38,407 bases of DNA from IMG/VR virus record IMGVR_UViG_3300017988_000959, positions 1-38,407 of that record; one strand, written 5' to 3'. Below are positions 8,924-18,857 of this stretch, in pieces. Below the pieces are notes generated by a model that was not told where the DNA came from, did no database searches, and saw only the letters and a list, made by a program, of their open reading frames with translations. Every line of letters starts with the position of its first letter. Positions within the stretch are counted from its first letter, which is position 1. The DNA comes from a virus. Lineage: Duplodnaviria; Caudoviricetes. The translations under genes were made by a program, and so were the position numbers.

Positions 8924-8959
8924 GAAGCGTTTCCGCTAAAATGCGCAAGCTGTGCATAA
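8924..8959 (-). promoter_or_regulatory. DnaA-box-like site (8951-8959) before the lysis genes
   Basis: TTATGCACA, then TTGCGC-16 nt-TTCAAT (weak -10). Confidence 0.4.
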
Positions 8960-8975
8960 ATCTCAAGCGAACCCC

Positions 8976-9251
8976 CTAATGCCCCGTGAACCTTGCCCAA
9001 AGCCAATTGCCGAGCGCAGATGCGGCGGCTCCGATGATGGCTCCAATGAGGCCAACCTTGACCTTCACGTTATCAAGCATCTTCTCGCTCTTTTCGATGC
9101 GAAGCTCGTGGTCGTCGATGACCTTCTGGAAGGACTGCTGGCTGGCGATAACGGTATCCACCTTGCCTTCAAGGCGGCCGAGCATGAGCATGACCTGCTT
9201 ATTGGTTTCGTCCTGGGCTATTTCGCGTGCGGTGTTGCGATCGTCGGGCAT
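8976..9251 (-). CDS. Coiled-coil protein with C-terminal TM helix (holin/XhlA-like)
   Basis: LGRLEGKVD...HELRIEKSE, then VGLIGAIIGAAASALGNWLW. Lies between the fibre and lysin genes. Confidence 0.6.
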   Translation of the reverse strand: MPDDRNTAREIAQDETNKQVMLMLGRLEGKVDTVIASQQSFQKVIDDHELRIEKSEKMLDNVKVKVGLIGAIIGAAASALGNWLWARFTGH

Positions 9252-9260
9252 GGTATCGTA

Positions 9261-10649
9261 TTAGCTGTTTTTCGTCGGGATAAATTCGGACGGAACCGGC
9301 ATACCTAGAATTGCAAACTCATTGCAAACCGTCGTGATTCCTGACGTATTGCTCCAAAGATAGACCTGGATGAGGTCGCCGGCCGAAACAGAGATTGAAC
9401 CAATTGCGGTATGGACTGCTCCATCGCTTCCGCTAACCGAAATGCTTTGAGCTACCCCGTTTTTGTAAACCTGACCATTTCCTACATAGCCGCTGGGTGA
9501 AGTAATAGCAATGCCGACCGTGACCGTCAACGTTGGCATACCAGCGGGCATCTGGATTTCATGGACCTTCACTGGTGTTGTTGAACCACCGTCACTAGGG
9601 ATGTTTGCATCGTCGTAGATCGCTATGGCACTAAAGTGAGACGCATATGCTCCCGCCAGAGTGAATGGCGTCGGATTTGACCACTGCGGATTTGCTCCGC
9701 TACCTTGCGTTTGCAGAAAATAGCCCGATGTTCCCGCCGGAAGACGCGTCCATGCTGATCCGTTGTAGTATGCAATGTCGCCTTGAACAGGACTAGGAAT
9801 CCACGGAATGAACAGATTACTTGCCACCTGCGACGCACTGCTGATGTATGGCGGAGCGAGAGATGGACGAGAATCATTCGAGATGTACCCCTTCCCACTC
9901 TGCTGATTATCGTTGTCGTAAATCGCCGTTTCCCCGACGACGTGATACACCTCGCAAAGGACGAGCTTGTTCGAGGGATAAGCCGGAGCGACGGGGGTTG
10001 ACGCTTCCGTTCCCGTCACCACAGCGATCGTTCCGCTCGAATCGGCCGTCACAAGATCGATGCGAGGATTCGATACTGGCGCGGTGAAGGTCGGCGTTGA
10101 ACCGCCGAGAAAGAGGACGCGTGTCACGCCAATGTAATAGGTTCCCGACTCGACATAGAGTTGCATCGTCTGCGCTGTCCACGTTCCGCCCGTGATGGTC
10201 GTAGATGCCGTGAACGAGATAAGCGGTGCGGCGGTCGAAGTGTTGAGCGAGAACGGTGTGATCGTGGTGCCGCCCGTCGGCAAGCCCCAGCCGACATATT
10301 GCAAGAGTTGCGCGTTCGCGGCGGTTGCCGTCGTGTTAAAGCCGATGAAGGTGGAAGTCGTTGCAATCGGATTCGTGAGTGCGTTCCAGATGACCGCCAC
10401 GTTTGCGGCGGGTGTCGATTGGATAAGGAAGTCGCCCGGATTGGCAAGCACCGTTTTTGCCGTCAAGACGACGGGCGAGCCGTTAACCGTGAACGTGATC
10501 GTCTGTCCGTTCGTCGGATTCGTGCCGAGCGCGAGCGCGCCGAGCTGTTGGTGTGCGAGAAGCAATGCTTGTCCGGACGCATCGTCGCGTAGTGCATTAT
10601 ATTGCTGTGCTCCGAGCGTTGCACCCGATGGGAGACGAATTGATTTCAT
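9261..10649 (-). CDS. Tail fibre / receptor-binding protein
   Basis: Thr/Gly-rich beta protein with NPRIDLV...PVAPAYP and QGDIAYYNGSAWTRLPAGTSGYFL fibre motifs. End of the tail module. Confidence 0.7.
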   Translation of the reverse strand: MKSIRLPSGATLGAQQYNALRDDASGQALLLAHQQLGALALGTNPTNGQTITFTVNGSPVVLTAKTVLANPGDFLIQSTPAANVAVIWNALTNPIATTSTFIGFNTTATAANAQLLQYVGWGLPTGGTTITPFSLNTSTAAPLISFTASTTITGGTWTAQTMQLYVESGTYYIGVTRVLFLGGSTPTFTAPVSNPRIDLVTADSSGTIAVVTGTEASTPVAPAYPSNKLVLCEVYHVVGETAIYDNDNQQSGKGYISNDSRPSLAPPYISSASQVASNLFIPWIPSPVQGDIAYYNGSAWTRLPAGTSGYFLQTQGSGANPQWSNPTPFTLAGAYASHFSAIAIYDDANIPSDGGSTTPVKVHEIQMPAGMPTLTVTVGIAITSPSGYVGNGQVYKNGVAQSISVSGSDGAVHTAIGSISVSAGDLIQVYLWSNTSGITTVCNEFAILGMPVPSEFIPTKNS

Positions 10650-10666
10650 TTAATGTATTATTCGGT

Positions 10667-12550
10667 TTAGTAGCCATCAAATCCAAATAAGAATTGAGAT
10701 ATTGTCTGTGCGACAGCTCCAGGAGAAGAAGTGGAGTTGGAAACAGTCCAAAAATCAAAGGTAGCCGAAGTCGTGGAATCACTCGCGAGAGTAGACCATA
10801 TGCCAGTAGCTGAAATGGGAGTCGCCCAGCCGGCCGGTGGGTTATCAAATGGATGCGAAAAGTTTATCGTGCATGAAGTTGGATTTCCTGAACCAATGGT
10901 TACAATTCCGCGAGAATCGGAACCGGTGAGGACGGATGGAAAATTAGGGAATCCACCACCCCCACAAGATGATAGCGTTGGAGAGGATGATGCAGTGTAA
11001 TCAATATGATCTTGTAAATTCAAACTATATTTTTGCGTTGGTGTCGTAGTTGCCGTTGTCACATTCCAATCTGTTATTCCAGAAACGGTGAGAATTTGTG
11101 TATCACTGGATAATCCCGACGCGGTAGCAGGAAAGGTTGGGTAACTGCATGATTGATAATAATTTGTTGCTGTTGCGACGGCGAAGGCCTGGGAAAAATA
11201 AGCGCTATTTCCCAAAGTTGCAAGCCAATAAACAGTCCCAGACGTAACAGTCGGAGGTGTTGTGAATTGCATTTGCGTATAACCATTGACAGTAGTAGCC
11301 GCGCTTGTAGTCGCAAGCAAGGTTCCGGGTTGCCCTGAATTATTGCTATAGAGTGCTCCAACAGAACTATAGCCACCTTGATAGTCATACTGCATCAGAT
11401 AATTCAATGTTCCCGTTTTCGATGCCGTGAAATGCGTGTACAAACAGTTCACATTACCGTTGCCACCACCACTGGAATCTGTGGTTCCCAACAATAACGA
11501 TGGAGCAACTGAATAATTATCCACATTATTTCCTATAATGATGCCCGGCGTTGACATATTGACCGAGAGCGTCGATGTCGCAGACATGACTCCTTGATAG
11601 TTGTACTGAATATTCGTTGAGGTTCCCGCAGCAGATGAAGCCGATGATGTGGCTACCGTGATACATGATGGCGTTCCTGTTGCGGAAAGACCCTGAATTA
11701 CCTGCGAACCCGTACAGGTCGCTCCCCCATATGACGTATGCGCTCCGCTTGAGTTTGCGAGGATGAGAGCGTTCTTTACGCCGGAATTTGTGATGCCAGT
11801 TGTCGTCACATTTCCAGACGCGGAAATGTTTGTGACGTTGAGCTGTGAAGGAATGGAGAGCGATACCGCGCCAGTCGAATCGCTTGCCGTGATCTGGTTC
11901 GCTGTCCCCGATATAGATGTCACGGGTGTCGAGTTCGAGCTGGCTGAAGTCACAATGCCAGACGACGCGATGGTGAGGCTTGGCCAGTTGTAGGTTCCGG
12001 ATGTCACGCCGGAGTTCGCAAAAGAGAACGCTCCGGTTGTAGAATTGTAGACGAGAGGCGTTGATGCAGAAAGGCTTGAAAGCCCGATATAGTTGTTGCT
12101 ATTCGTCCATGAGAAAATGCCAGTTGAGCTGTTGTAGACTATCGGACCTATCGCCGAGAGCGCAGTCAGCGGGATATAGTTGTTCGAGTTCGTCCAGGAG
12201 AATACTCCGGTCGAAGAATTGTAGACGACCGGATTCGTCGCGGAAAGCGATGTATTGAAAAGAACTTGCCCCGGCAACGCCGACGTTGCGATCACTTCAC
12301 TTCCATAGCTCGTGAAGATGTGGTTGATCTGATAGTCGAGCGATGACGTTGCAGTGGAGCTGGTGACGCCGATCTTGGATTCGAGCGCGTTGCCCCACGC
12401 GGAAGGGATGGTGCAACCGGAAACGTAATTATTCAAGGATGTTGGGAAAAGATTCCCGCAGTTGGCGGCGTAAGCCAGGGAGCGGTCGAGAAATGCAATG
12501 CCGAGAAAAACGATGACTGCTGATGCTATGACGGATAGGACTTTCTTCAT
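10667..12550 (-). CDS. Ser/Thr-rich fibre-like protein with N-terminal signal-peptide-like sequence
   Basis: Start MKKVLSVIASAVIVFLGIAFLDRSLAYAA at 12550. ALESKIG and IQYNYQG fibre-like motifs, and internal repeats. Confidence 0.65.
   Translation of the reverse strand: MKKVLSVIASAVIVFLGIAFLDRSLAYAANCGNLFPTSLNNYVSGCTIPSAWGNALESKIGVTSSTATSSLDYQINHIFTSYGSEVIATSALPGQVLFNTSLSATNPVVYNSSTGVFSWTNSNNYIPLTALSAIGPIVYNSSTGIFSWTNSNNYIGLSSLSASTPLVYNSTTGAFSFANSGVTSGTYNWPSLTIASSGIVTSASSNSTPVTSISGTANQITASDSTGAVSLSIPSQLNVTNISASGNVTTTGITNSGVKNALILANSSGAHTSYGGATCTGSQVIQGLSATGTPSCITVATSSASSAAGTSTNIQYNYQGVMSATSTLSVNMSTPGIIIGNNVDNYSVAPSLLLGTTDSSGGGNGNVNCLYTHFTASKTGTLNYLMQYDYQGGYSSVGALYSNNSGQPGTLLATTSAATTVNGYTQMQFTTPPTVTSGTVYWLATLGNSAYFSQAFAVATATNYYQSCSYPTFPATASGLSSDTQILTVSGITDWNVTTATTTPTQKYSLNLQDHIDYTASSSPTLSSCGGGGFPNFPSVLTGSDSRGIVTIGSGNPTSCTINFSHPFDNPPAGWATPISATGIWSTLASDSTTSATFDFWTVSNSTSSPGAVAQTISQFLFGFDGY
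12011..12247 (-). repeat. Three in-frame 87-nt (29 aa) tandem repeats, the third partial
   Basis: LSATNPVVYNSSTGVFSWTNSNNYI / LSAIGPIVYNSSTGIFSWTNSNNYI / LSASTPLVYNSTTGAFSFANS. Confidence 0.85.
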
Positions 12551-12569
12551 GGTGTTATAGGTTATTTTT

Positions 12570-12617
12570 AGTTTAGATATTCGGCTGAAATTGTGAACAT
12601 TGCGAACATGTGCATAA
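12570..12617 (-). promoter_or_regulatory. DnaA-box-like site (12609-12617) plus internal promoter
   Basis: TTATGCACA, then TTCACA-16 nt-TAAACT. Confidence 0.5.
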
Positions 12618-12618
12618 G

Positions 12619-13212
12619 TTATGAGAATTCTCCGGTGTCGAATTGGGCGGCTGAAGCTGGCTGGAAGGAAATGTCGCATTCGCAAGTCGTATCGCTGCCG
12701 GAACTTTTCGAGTAAGGAACCGTAAACAGGCAGTGGTTGAACATGTTTCCGCTTCCGATCGCCGAACTCCCGCCGATGAACATACCGAACTCGTAGTACA
12801 TCTGATTCGCCAAAATGGCGTCGGGGAAATAGAAATAGAGCTGGGCGGTGGAGAAGCCGTTATCCATGGCGAAGCTCACGGGCATACGGTTCGTCGGGGT
12901 CATCAAGGCAATATCGTTGTTCGCGGGCGCGGTCTGGCCCGTTCCGATCTCGCCCCACTGGATGCCGAGCGGAAAGTTAAAGACACCGTTATATCCGCTA
13001 CAAAGGAACTGCACGAGCACGTCATAGCCGCAATTCGAGGAAAAGACGATGAGATTGTGATGGCGGGTGGCAATTTCGCCTTTATGCAAAAGCTCGTTGG
13101 CTTCCTTGTGAAGTCCGGCCGCGTGCAAGGCCTGTATCTTTTCAATGGTTCCGGCCGGATGCCTGCGGATAGTTACTATGCCTATAGGAAATGTGCGTTC
13201 TTTGATTTTCAT
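12619..13212 (-). CDS. Minor tail protein
   Basis: HNLIV...IGTGQTAPANNDIAL...EFGMF pattern typical of tail-collar/minor tail proteins. Confidence 0.65.
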   Translation of the reverse strand: MKIKERTFPIGIVTIRRHPAGTIEKIQALHAAGLHKEANELLHKGEIATRHHNLIVFSSNCGYDVLVQFLCSGYNGVFNFPLGIQWGEIGTGQTAPANNDIALMTPTNRMPVSFAMDNGFSTAQLYFYFPDAILANQMYYEFGMFIGGSSAIGSGNMFNHCLFTVPYSKSSGSDTTCECDISFQPASAAQFDTGEFS

Positions 13213-14693
13213 GCTAGTTTGCTGAATCCGAGCCGCACAACGGGCGTGCCCGGCCCGAGGACGTACGGGCCGATGGTGCCCGTAGCGATAAGCGTTTCGA
13301 CGGTCGCCGCGATGTCCTCTACATATTCAAGGTTCTCATTTACGGTGGAATCGTCAACCTGTGTCTGGCTGGCCTCCTGCTGGAGAATGGTCGTCATGAT
13401 GTCGGTGAAGGTGACGGTATCCGAGCCGATGCACTCTACCTGGTATTCGAGCATCCCCGCAATGCCGAGCGCATTGTCCCCTGGTGCATATCCCACGGCT
13501 TCGATGCGCTTGACGACGAGCTGTTGCTGAACCCCGAACGCGGGAAGATTTACGGTGATGGCTTGTCCGATGGCACAGCCGGGGACGATGGTATTGAACT
13601 TGATGTCGTGTACGGGATGCCCGAACTGGAGAATGGCAGCCTGCGCGCGCTGTTGTGCTTCTTGCACGGTCGTGATCTTGCTGTCCACAATGACGGACTG
13701 ATACTCGCCATACTGTTGGATACTCTTAGGATTCGAGGCATGGGCGACGATCGGCACTTTTGCTTTTCCGTACACCTTGACCGTATGGCCCGTGGCCGGC
13801 GCGCCGGAGGTGAACTCTACCCAACGCTGGGCGTCGTTATAAAGCACCTGCACGCTCGTCGGATCGGATTGGTTCGCGGTGCCTACGGTCTGGATAACGC
13901 CGTCAAGCGTGACAATGATGGTGCTTGAATCGTAGGGATATGAGGTTGTGAAGAACTGCCGAACGCCATCCGTGAGGAAGGTATCCGGCGTGTTTGAGGC
14001 GGTGAAGGTCTTGGTGTAGTTTCCCCCGATGACGTACACGCTGTTCTGCATGTTCTGGAGCTGAAGATCCACGTCAAGGGAGTTCCATTCGATCTGGCCC
14101 GAAGTCGCGTCCACCGTGATCGGCGCAACGCCTCCTTCGCCGACGGCGTTCTCCACGTCGCCGAGGAAGAAATGGATGTCCTTTTGCGGGTCGATGTACC
14201 ATTCCCACCCGATGAGCTTGGCAAGCGATTCAAGGCACTTGGTCGGCTGCTGGTAGTTGAACTTGATGGAAGGAACGAGAAAATTGCCCACTTGGACGTG
14301 GTTCGTGGTGAACCCCTTGCCGGGCGCAAAATTACTCACAAGATCAGCCACGATGTCGTGCGGATCCATCATGGCATAATTCTTTTTCACCAAAACCCCA
14401 TCAAAGATATATCCCCAATCTGATGTCGTCACTTGCGCGGTAAGCACAAGCCCTTCGATGGTCTTCTCGGCTTCGGTGACCGTTCCGCCGAAAATCAGCC
14501 CGCTTGAATCAAAGAGGTTGATGACATCCCCGATGGCGGGAATGGTGGTTGCCGGTTTGGTCTGGCCGATGCCTTGCGAAACGGAGAACTTCAGAGAAGC
14601 ATTTTCCTTGGGTAAAACGGAGAGACAGTCCAATGTCCTCCATTGCACAGAGGAAGAAATATCGACGCCATTGTCAGTGATCTTTACGGCCAT
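13209..14693 (-). CDS. Tail tip / baseplate hub-like protein
   Basis: Follows the tape measure gene. IFGGTV, WYIDPQKDIHFF, NSVYVIGG, and SIQQYG. Confidence 0.7.
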   Translation of the reverse strand: MAVKITDNGVDISSSVQWRTLDCLSVLPKENASLKFSVSQGIGQTKPATTIPAIGDVINLFDSSGLIFGGTVTEAEKTIEGLVLTAQVTTSDWGYIFDGVLVKKNYAMMDPHDIVADLVSNFAPGKGFTTNHVQVGNFLVPSIKFNYQQPTKCLESLAKLIGWEWYIDPQKDIHFFLGDVENAVGEGGVAPITVDATSGQIEWNSLDVDLQLQNMQNSVYVIGGNYTKTFTASNTPDTFLTDGVRQFFTTSYPYDSSTIIVTLDGVIQTVGTANQSDPTSVQVLYNDAQRWVEFTSGAPATGHTVKVYGKAKVPIVAHASNPKSIQQYGEYQSVIVDSKITTVQEAQQRAQAAILQFGHPVHDIKFNTIVPGCAIGQAITVNLPAFGVQQQLVVKRIEAVGYAPGDNALGIAGMLEYQVECIGSDTVTFTDIMTTILQQEASQTQVDDSTVNENLEYVEDIAATVETLIATGTIGPYVLGPGTPVVRLGFSKLA

Positions 14694-16732
14694 CAGGCGG
14701 CATAGTTACGCAGTTTAAGCGACCTGTTGATGTTTTTGGCGAGAGCATTCCCGATCTGCGTTGCCGCGTTTTGATCCATGTAATATCCTCCTGCGATCGT
14801 GATATTGATTACCGTTCCGCCGCCCGCGCCGCTCCCGACAAGCGAGCCGGGGGACTTCGTGGCAATAAGATAATCAGCCGGATCGGACTGGATCACGTCG
14901 CCGCCCGGCGTGATGATGGCGTCATGGACCCCCGTGACGGACGAGCCGGCTTTGATCGTCGCGCTCAAGAAGCTGCTGACCGCGCCGCCGATCGAATTGA
15001 CAGCACTTAATACCGGCTGGAAGACGCCTTCCGCCCAACTGACGAACGCCTGAATTTCTCCCCTGATGTAGGAAAGAGCCGATGAAAGCGAATTCTTGAC
15101 CCCGTCCCAAATTCCCTCGAAGAAAGAGGCTACCGCGCCCCACACTGTATTCCATACGGTCCCGATGTCATTCAACGATGTTTTGAAGATGTTTGAAATC
15201 CAATTCCAGATGACGGTCAGAAATTCCTGTATTCCTTTGAATATCGTCTCAAATGCGTCGCTCATCGCCTGCCACTGCGAGCGCCATTTCGGGTCGAGCA
15301 TGTCGAGTCCTTCGACAATAAGGCCGACGACAAGGTTGATCGCGTCCTTGGCTATTCCTGAAATGTCGTCCCAAACGGACGAGAAGAAATCTTTGATGGC
15401 GTTCCACGCGGTCTTTAGCGCATCGGTGATGCCCTGCCACGTGTCTTTGAAGAACGCGGTGATCGTGTCCCATGCGGTCTTGATGGCGTTCCATATCTGC
15501 GTGTGATACAGGACAACGAGCGTTACGATGACGCCAAGAGCAACGATCGCACCAATGATAATTCCTCCTGCCACAAGCACGGCCCCTGCGGTTATTCCAA
15601 AGAGCGTTCCGATCGCCGCGATTGAAGTGGCAAGCGTTCCGAAGATGACGAGTCCAGCGGAGAGCGCAGTAAACAGCCCCCCGAGAACCCCTACGGTAAG
15701 CAGTATCGCCTGCGTGAGCTTCGGATGAGCGGTCGTCCACTTGTCTACCGCATCTACGACGCTTCCGATCTGTTTGAACAGCGATGAGAGCATGGGGAGC
15801 TGGGTGGTGCCCATGTCGAAAAAGAGCTTGTTGACATTCTGCAACGCCGCCGACATGGAACCTTGGAGCGTATCTGCATAGGCATCAGCTTGCCCTTTCA
15901 CGACGCCTTGAATGGCGGAAAGAGCGTTCATGCCGGACAATCCGTCCTTGAGATTGATACCAAGGCCTACCAGCGCCCGTCCTTGCCCTTGAAACGCCAT
16001 GACGACCTGTTGCGTCGCCGTGGAGAGGTCTTCTCCCTTCGCACGGGCCAAATCCATAGCCGTCTGATACGCCTCCTGCGCGCCAGAAACGCTGTGCGTC
16101 GCCGCGAAAAGCGTGGAGAGCGAACTCACGCTGTCAGAAATGGAAAAGCCGAGGTCGGTGTTCGATCTCGCCATTCCCTCGAACTTGTTCATCAGGTCTT
16201 CAGCGCTTGATCCGGCAAGGGCCTGCGATTGGGTGAGAAGGTCTAACTGTGCCTGATATTTTTGTATATTCCCCTGCGCCGTAGCGATGGAAGCGGACGC
16301 TTTCTCGTGAGCTGCCTGCACGCTTTGCGTGCTTCCCGTGTTCTTGTCGAGCGTTGCGGTCGCGGAAGCGATCGCCGCCTCTTCAGCATTGATCTTGTTC
16401 TGTAAAAATGCGACCTGCGTGGAATATCCTGCGGTCGATTGACTCGCCTGGCTGATGGTATTAGAGATGGTCGTAAAGGCGCGGTCGTTCGCATCCTGCG
16501 TTTCCGCTGCCGCGGCGACGCTTCCCCCATATGCCGCATCAAACGCCGCCGCAAGAGGCGCTAATGCTTCTCCTACTTTGGTCGCCTGCTCGCCGACGGT
16601 TTTAAGCTGCTCGTTCGCCTGCTTCGCTTCGTCTCCGGTAGCTGACAGATTTCCCAATGCGTTCTGAAAAGCCGCCGCACTGTTGTCCACGGCTTGAATG
16701 AGGATTTCCAGTACGGATTGGGATGATGCCAT
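14693..16732 (-). CDS. Tape measure protein
   Basis: LEILIQAVDNS start, Ala-rich helices, 11-residue W-spaced repeats (AWDTITAFFKDTWQGI), and a hydrophobic central segment. Confidence 0.92.
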   Translation of the reverse strand: MASSQSVLEILIQAVDNSAAAFQNALGNLSATGDEAKQANEQLKTVGEQATKVGEALAPLAAAFDAAYGGSVAAAAETQDANDRAFTTISNTISQASQSTAGYSTQVAFLQNKINAEEAAIASATATLDKNTGSTQSVQAAHEKASASIATAQGNIQKYQAQLDLLTQSQALAGSSAEDLMNKFEGMARSNTDLGFSISDSVSSLSTLFAATHSVSGAQEAYQTAMDLARAKGEDLSTATQQVVMAFQGQGRALVGLGINLKDGLSGMNALSAIQGVVKGQADAYADTLQGSMSAALQNVNKLFFDMGTTQLPMLSSLFKQIGSVVDAVDKWTTAHPKLTQAILLTVGVLGGLFTALSAGLVIFGTLATSIAAIGTLFGITAGAVLVAGGIIIGAIVALGVIVTLVVLYHTQIWNAIKTAWDTITAFFKDTWQGITDALKTAWNAIKDFFSSVWDDISGIAKDAINLVVGLIVEGLDMLDPKWRSQWQAMSDAFETIFKGIQEFLTVIWNWISNIFKTSLNDIGTVWNTVWGAVASFFEGIWDGVKNSLSSALSYIRGEIQAFVSWAEGVFQPVLSAVNSIGGAVSSFLSATIKAGSSVTGVHDAIITPGGDVIQSDPADYLIATKSPGSLVGSGAGGGTVINITIAGGYYMDQNAATQIGNALAKNINRSLKLRNYAA

Positions 16733-16740
16733 TTTGGATT

Positions 16741-16977
16741 CTAAGGAAGTTTATATTCGCAATTCGAGCATTTCGATCCTTTGGCGAAAAAGCTCGCAAT
16801 GAAGCAGAACGGCGATGCGATGACGGAGATAATGACGAACGGTATGCCGATCACGATAATGCAGAATGGAAGCGCCAGGCCCATCATGAGCAGAAACATG
16901 ACAGAAGCAAAGCGCAATTTCGACTTGTTCGATGTCATCTTGTTTCGCCCGCACTGCGGACAAATAGTTTGTTGCAT
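16741..16977 (-). CDS. Membrane protein with CxxC...TM hairpin...CxxC (moron-like)
   Basis: CPQCG, two hydrophobic helices, CSNCEY. Inserted between the chaperone and tape measure genes. Confidence 0.7.
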   Translation of the reverse strand: MQQTICPQCGRNKMTSNKSKLRFASVMFLLMMGLALPFCIIVIGIPFVIISVIASPFCFIASFFAKGSKCSNCEYKLP

Positions 16978-17054
16978 GGATCAGGGTAAGTTGATTTGGT
17001 CGGCCTTTTACCATAACCCTGCAACGAAATGGGAGATTCCGCAAGTCCCGCAAA

Positions 17055-17282
17055 TTACGATTTCTGGTTCTTCTGCTTCCGCTCCATTTCCTCCGCTTCG
17101 TTCTGAAGCATGGACTTCAGGATGGAGAGGAACGGATACGGCTGTCGGCGATAGGTGTGCCAGTCCCATTTCATCTCGCGGCATATCCACGCGGCTTGTA
17201 ATTTCGGGGGAAGATGCGCCCGCCCCATGGCGAAGAACTCATGCCAAATGAGGTCTACTGCTCCTGAGTCTTCGCCGCAGAA
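17055..17282 (-). CDS. Tail assembly chaperone -1 frameshift extension (gpGT-like)
   Basis: The -1 frame is open from GGATTTT (17288-17282) to TAA at 17055 and encodes ICREMKWDWHTYRRQPYPFLSIL. Confidence 0.75.
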   Translation of the reverse strand, partial: FCGEDSGAVDLIWHEFFAMGRAHLPPKLQAAWICREMKWDWHTYRRQPYPFLSILKSMLQNEAEEMERKQKNQKS

Positions 17283-17563
17283 AAATCCGGATCGATCAGC
17301 TTCGCCACTTCTTTTGCGAGGAAGAGATAATCCTGGATTTTGATCTTACGGAGCCGATTCGGAATGTCGTCGGTGTTCCCGTCGATGGATGTGACGGCAA
17401 CCTGCATGATGCGGTTGGTCAGATCCTTCGGGGACAATTCCTTTCCGTTCTGATCGTGGCTCGCGTCAAGAAATTCGCCCGCTTCCAAGTATTCCTGGAG
17501 CGTGACGATAGCTCCCGACGGAGTTGTTACGGTCTTCACTTGTCTTTCCTGTGTTTCAGGCAT
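17255..17563 (-). CDS. Tail assembly chaperone (gpG-like)
   Basis: 102 aa between the tail tube and tape measure genes, with a slippery site near the 3' end. Confidence 0.8.
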   Translation of the reverse strand: MPETQERQVKTVTTPSGAIVTLQEYLEAGEFLDASHDQNGKELSPKDLTNRIMQVAVTSIDGNTDDIPNRLRKIKIQDYLFLAKEVAKLIDPDFSAAKTQEQ

Positions 17564-17589
17564 TGTGTTTGCGTTGGTTTATTCGACCT

Positions 17590-18600
17590 TTACAACGTGG
17601 TCGCTGTTAAATTCGTCGTGATGATGTTCAACATCTCCGAATTTGCAACAGAGAACGTTGCCTTGAACTTCAAAGTTTGGTAGACCAAATCTTTGACTTT
17701 TATCGGACGGCTGAAATCCGTGAAGAAGCACTGGTCAAGCGTGATCTTCACTTCGGGATGCGACGGAACGATTCCGATACTCACATCCGTGTTCTTCAGG
17801 TCGATGAGCATGGCCTGCGCGACGTTCGGGGTGGCAAGGGCGACGGTCTTGAAGTCCGTTTCGTTCTGCCAAATAGCTTCGAGCTGGCCTTCCGCTTTGA
17901 ATTCCTTATTGAGGAAGTCAATCGGAGCAACGCTGCCCAAAACATCCTGATCTTCGATGTTCGAATCAAGCGAAAGCTTGATCGATTTCAAAGCAATGGG
18001 GGTCGCACTGGTCAAACCGGATACGCTCGTCGCGTACTTGAACGTCATGTACTGCGGGATGAAGCGGTTTTCCGAAGCGATGGACGGGCTCAAGCTCGCC
18101 TGCGTAGCTCCTTTCTGCGCTTTGATGGAGAGCGAGAGGTCCGCGAACTTCTTCAGTTCGATGTCGAGGTCGAGCTTATGGATGACGCCGTTCGCGTGGG
18201 CATAATCCACTCCCGACAACGGATCATGGATCAAAAAGGTCAATGACTGGTGCTGGGCTGACTGTCCGACGGTCGCTTTGTGGTCGTAGACCGTCGTTTC
18301 ACCCGTGTGGGCGCTGTCCGCGCTCGCGCCGAGCATCGCCTTCAGAATGAGAGGCAGGCTCAAGTCCGTAAGCGGCACCTTGAGCGTTCCTTCCGCCCAA
18401 TTCTTGACGCGAAACTGTCCGACGGAATCTTCGATGACGCCGTAGGCTTCATCCTGCGTTACGTTCTCGAACTTCTCGTCGATGCTTGCATCACTGAATG
18501 GGAGCCAATGCGACGCGGTCGTGACGGCCGTTCCGCGGGTCGCTTCAGGAGCGATACCGACACTAATTTGTCTGCCGATTCCTTTTCCTAATACTGGCAT
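17590..18600 (-). CDS. Major tail tube protein
   Basis: GRQISVGIAPEATRGT N-terminus, beta-rich, and synteny. Confidence 0.85.
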   Translation of the reverse strand: MPVLGKGIGRQISVGIAPEATRGTAVTTASHWLPFSDASIDEKFENVTQDEAYGVIEDSVGQFRVKNWAEGTLKVPLTDLSLPLILKAMLGASADSAHTGETTVYDHKATVGQSAQHQSLTFLIHDPLSGVDYAHANGVIHKLDLDIELKKFADLSLSIKAQKGATQASLSPSIASENRFIPQYMTFKYATSVSGLTSATPIALKSIKLSLDSNIEDQDVLGSVAPIDFLNKEFKAEGQLEAIWQNETDFKTVALATPNVAQAMLIDLKNTDVSIGIVPSHPEVKITLDQCFFTDFSRPIKVKDLVYQTLKFKATFSVANSEMLNIITTNLTATTL

Positions 18601-18602
18601 GG

Positions 18603-18845
18603 TTATTCGTTATTGGTTTCTTTGCTACCGACCTTTTCAACTTCCGGGGTCACTGGTTCACGCTTTGCTTTGTAGAGTTCTTCCGCCTGCTCGCGGTTCG
18701 GTGCCTTGATGGTCAAGGGCTTCCATACGCCGCCGCCGGGGAAGAAATACTCGTTGATGAGCTGGGAGACCGCTTTGACGGTGGACGGGGTGTCCGCCTT
18801 GATCGCTGCGGCAGTCATCATTTTGTTTGTGCTGTCTATTTCCAC
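18603..18845 (-). CDS. Hypothetical protein
   Basis: Tightly packed ORF in the tail operon. Confidence 0.6.
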   Translation of the reverse strand: MEIDSTNKMMTAAAIKADTPSTVKAVSQLINEYFFPGGGVWKPLTIKAPNREQAEELYKAKREPVTPEVEKVGSKETNNE

Positions 18846-18857
18846 GTTTTTGGTTGA

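Noticed and set aside
9261-12550. Diversity-generating retroelement acting on the fibres
   Set aside because: No reverse transcriptase, and no template/variable repeat pair seen.
17008-17190. 60-aa ORF as the tail chaperone extension
   Set aside because: Wrong frame. The -1 frame ending at 17055 carries the gpT-like motif.
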